From positions 8,167 through 72,166 of the forward strand of contig JAITQO010000016.1 in the NCBI GenBank assembly GCA_031288835.1: 64,000 nucleotides of DNA, in the 5' to 3' direction. The stretch comes from Rickettsiales bacterium. GTDB taxonomy: Bacteria > Pseudomonadota > Alphaproteobacteria > Rs-D84. The notes beneath the pieces are model-generated. The model searched no databases. It saw only the letters and a list, made by a program, of their open reading frames with translations, and was not told where the DNA came from. A program made the translations under genes and the position numbers. Shown here piece by piece: positions 62,831-64,000 of the stretch (position 1 is its first letter; each line of letters begins with the position of its first letter).

Positions 62831-62859
62831 ATTATATGTTTGTATCGCTGCGTTTGCAA
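62831..62859 (-). promoter_or_regulatory. promoter TTGCAA-N17-TATAAT, 6 nt before the exporter ATG (leaderless candidate)
   Basis: Minus-strand reading TTGCAA (62859..62854), 17-nt spacer, TATAAT (62836..62831), aaagcc, ATG (62824). Confidence 0.5.
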
Positions 62860-62871
62860 GAATCGGGAAGT

Positions 62872-64000
62872 TTATATTTCAAGCGGCGGAAAGCAGTCGC
62901 CCCCGGCATCCGGACAACAATTCCATCCCTCTTCGCCCATATCCGTGAAGGTTTCTCCCGGGCAGCAGCCGTTGCCGTCGGGCGGCATTCCGCCATCGCA
63001 GGTCAGTCCCTCGTCGACGATTTCCGATTTAGGCTTTGGAATGCTCGCGTTCGGATTAATGATGAGTTCGGTTTCGTTTCCATCGGCGTCCTTTTTATAT
63101 TGCAGCCCCAGAACCTCCTTGTTGTATTCCTTGGTGCCCTGTTTTAGGACTGTGCCGTCATCTTTCATGACACCGCCGGCATTGCTGACCTGCGCCTGAT
63201 AAACTTCGTTCGCCGCCATACTTTTGGATTGATATTGCCTGAATCCTTTCATCAATTGGTTCATCCGCTCGTCTTTGATTTTGCTTTCGTCTCCGCTGAC
63301 ATACGCCGATACCTGGCCGATATGGGTTTCCGGCTCTTTAACGCCGACCGAATACTGAGACATCTCGGCCTTGGCATAATCGGGCGATGGCGTAACCTCA
63401 TCCGGCGTGCATTTGCCCGCGTCGTCGCACCACGCGACAATCAGGTCGGTCGGCGAATAAACGGTGATTCGCGTTCCTGACGCGATTGAAAACGGGGGCT
63501 TCGTATTGTCCAGCATGTCGATGAACAGTTTTTCCGTCACTTTGTTCCACGATTGTATCAATTCCTGCTTCGCCAATTCGGACGAACGCATGGTTCCGGT
63601 CTGCACTACGACATTGTTGTCCAAATCGATTTGATTCACCACCTTGTCGGCAATCGGCGCAATCAGGTTCGTCGCCGCCGGAACAATCGCCGTCAACAGC
63701 GGCATGACCATTTGCTCCAGATAATCGGACGAGCCGTATCCCGGAACTCCGATGCGCCCCTGGGAATCGCCGCTGAACGGCCTTTCGCCGGTGAAATTGA
63801 ACTCTACGCCGTCCGGACGGATAAAGCGATACCATTCGATTTCAATGCGCCCGATTGTCTTGTATGGCCCGGGCAGGTCGCCCCCCTTCACGTTGCCAAG
63901 CATCAGCGTTCCGGCTGGAATGACAACCGTCCGTCCGTTATCCGAGTAAACATGCCTGTCGACAGTCGCCATTACCGGCAGGATGCTGTAGTTTTCCACG
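62872..64000 (-). CDS. VirB10/TrbI-family type IV secretion protein with Cys-rich C-terminal extension; 5' end beyond window
   Basis: ...VIPAGTLMLGNV...RIEIEWYRFIRPDGVEF...SGDSQGRIGVPGY...PFSIASGTRITVYSPTDL resembles the TrbI/VirB10 C-terminal domain. It is followed by about 180 extra aa ending CDGGMPPDGNGCCPGETFTDMGEEGWNCCPDAGGDCFPPLEI. The ORF is open to the window end. Confidence 0.65.
   Translation of the reverse strand, partial: VENYSILPVMATVDRHVYSDNGRTVVIPAGTLMLGNVKGGDLPGPYKTIGRIEIEWYRFIRPDGVEFNFTGERPFSGDSQGRIGVPGYGSSDYLEQMVMPLLTAIVPAATNLIAPIADKVVNQIDLDNNVVVQTGTMRSSELAKQELIQSWNKVTEKLFIDMLDNTKPPFSIASGTRITVYSPTDLIVAWCDDAGKCTPDEVTPSPDYAKAEMSQYSVGVKEPETHIGQVSAYVSGDESKIKDERMNQLMKGFRQYQSKSMAANEVYQAQVSNAGGVMKDDGTVLKQGTKEYNKEVLGLQYKKDADGNETELIINPNASIPKPKSEIVDEGLTCDGGMPPDGNGCCPGETFTDMGEEGWNCCPDAGGDCFPPLEI

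Overview
This 64-kb window comes from a compact, moderately GC-rich Gram-negative chromosome. The island gene families (DUF3768, DUF2924, DUF5681), olsBA and the OMP/LPS genes suggest an alphaproteobacterium-like lineage, but that is inference only. Recognisable core genes are obg, rpmF-plsX, olsB/olsA-like, murE, trpS, infA, rnhA, tkt, pth, polA, an MsbA-like exporter, a TolC-family protein, several beta-barrel OMPs and four tRNAs (Pro-UGG, Gly-CCC, His-GUG, Ala-GGC). The window also carries several very large lineage-specific proteins: a 1565-aa M48-peptidase/ABC1-kinase fusion, a 1652-aa Cys-rich repeat protein, a 978-aa glycine-zipper plus trypsin-like protease, and 1057-aa and 536-aa secreted proteins. 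A partial VirB10/TrbI-like gene sits at the right edge. The main accessory region is a visibly AT-richer island of about 15 kb (about 3.27-18.39 kb, possibly starting at about 2.79 kb). It is inserted at the extreme 3' end of tRNA-Pro and is bounded by a 12-bp direct repeat. The island is a decaying phage/plasmid-like element: its large serine recombinase has an internal out-of-frame deletion, and only a fragment of the terminase large subunit survives. DUF5681, DUF2924, DUF3768, a ParB-methylase and an HTH gene are still present. The island carries two candidate defence modules. The first is a minus-strand dcm / PD-(D/E)xK endonuclease / PHP+SbcC-like ATPase / vsr operon. The second is a tightly coupled plus-strand five-gene cluster: a small repeat protein, a Cys-rich protein, a beta-CASP MBL nuclease interrupted by an in-frame TAG, a helical protein and a PD-(D/E)xK-like protein. 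This second cluster matches no system I can name. Other sequence-level observations are phased 10-bp iterons at the island edge, a conserved promoter/operator element repeated upstream of three island genes, and many core genes with TATAAT placed 6-8 nt before the ATG, which suggests leaderless mRNAs. All functional calls rest on motif recognition by eye; no database search was possible.
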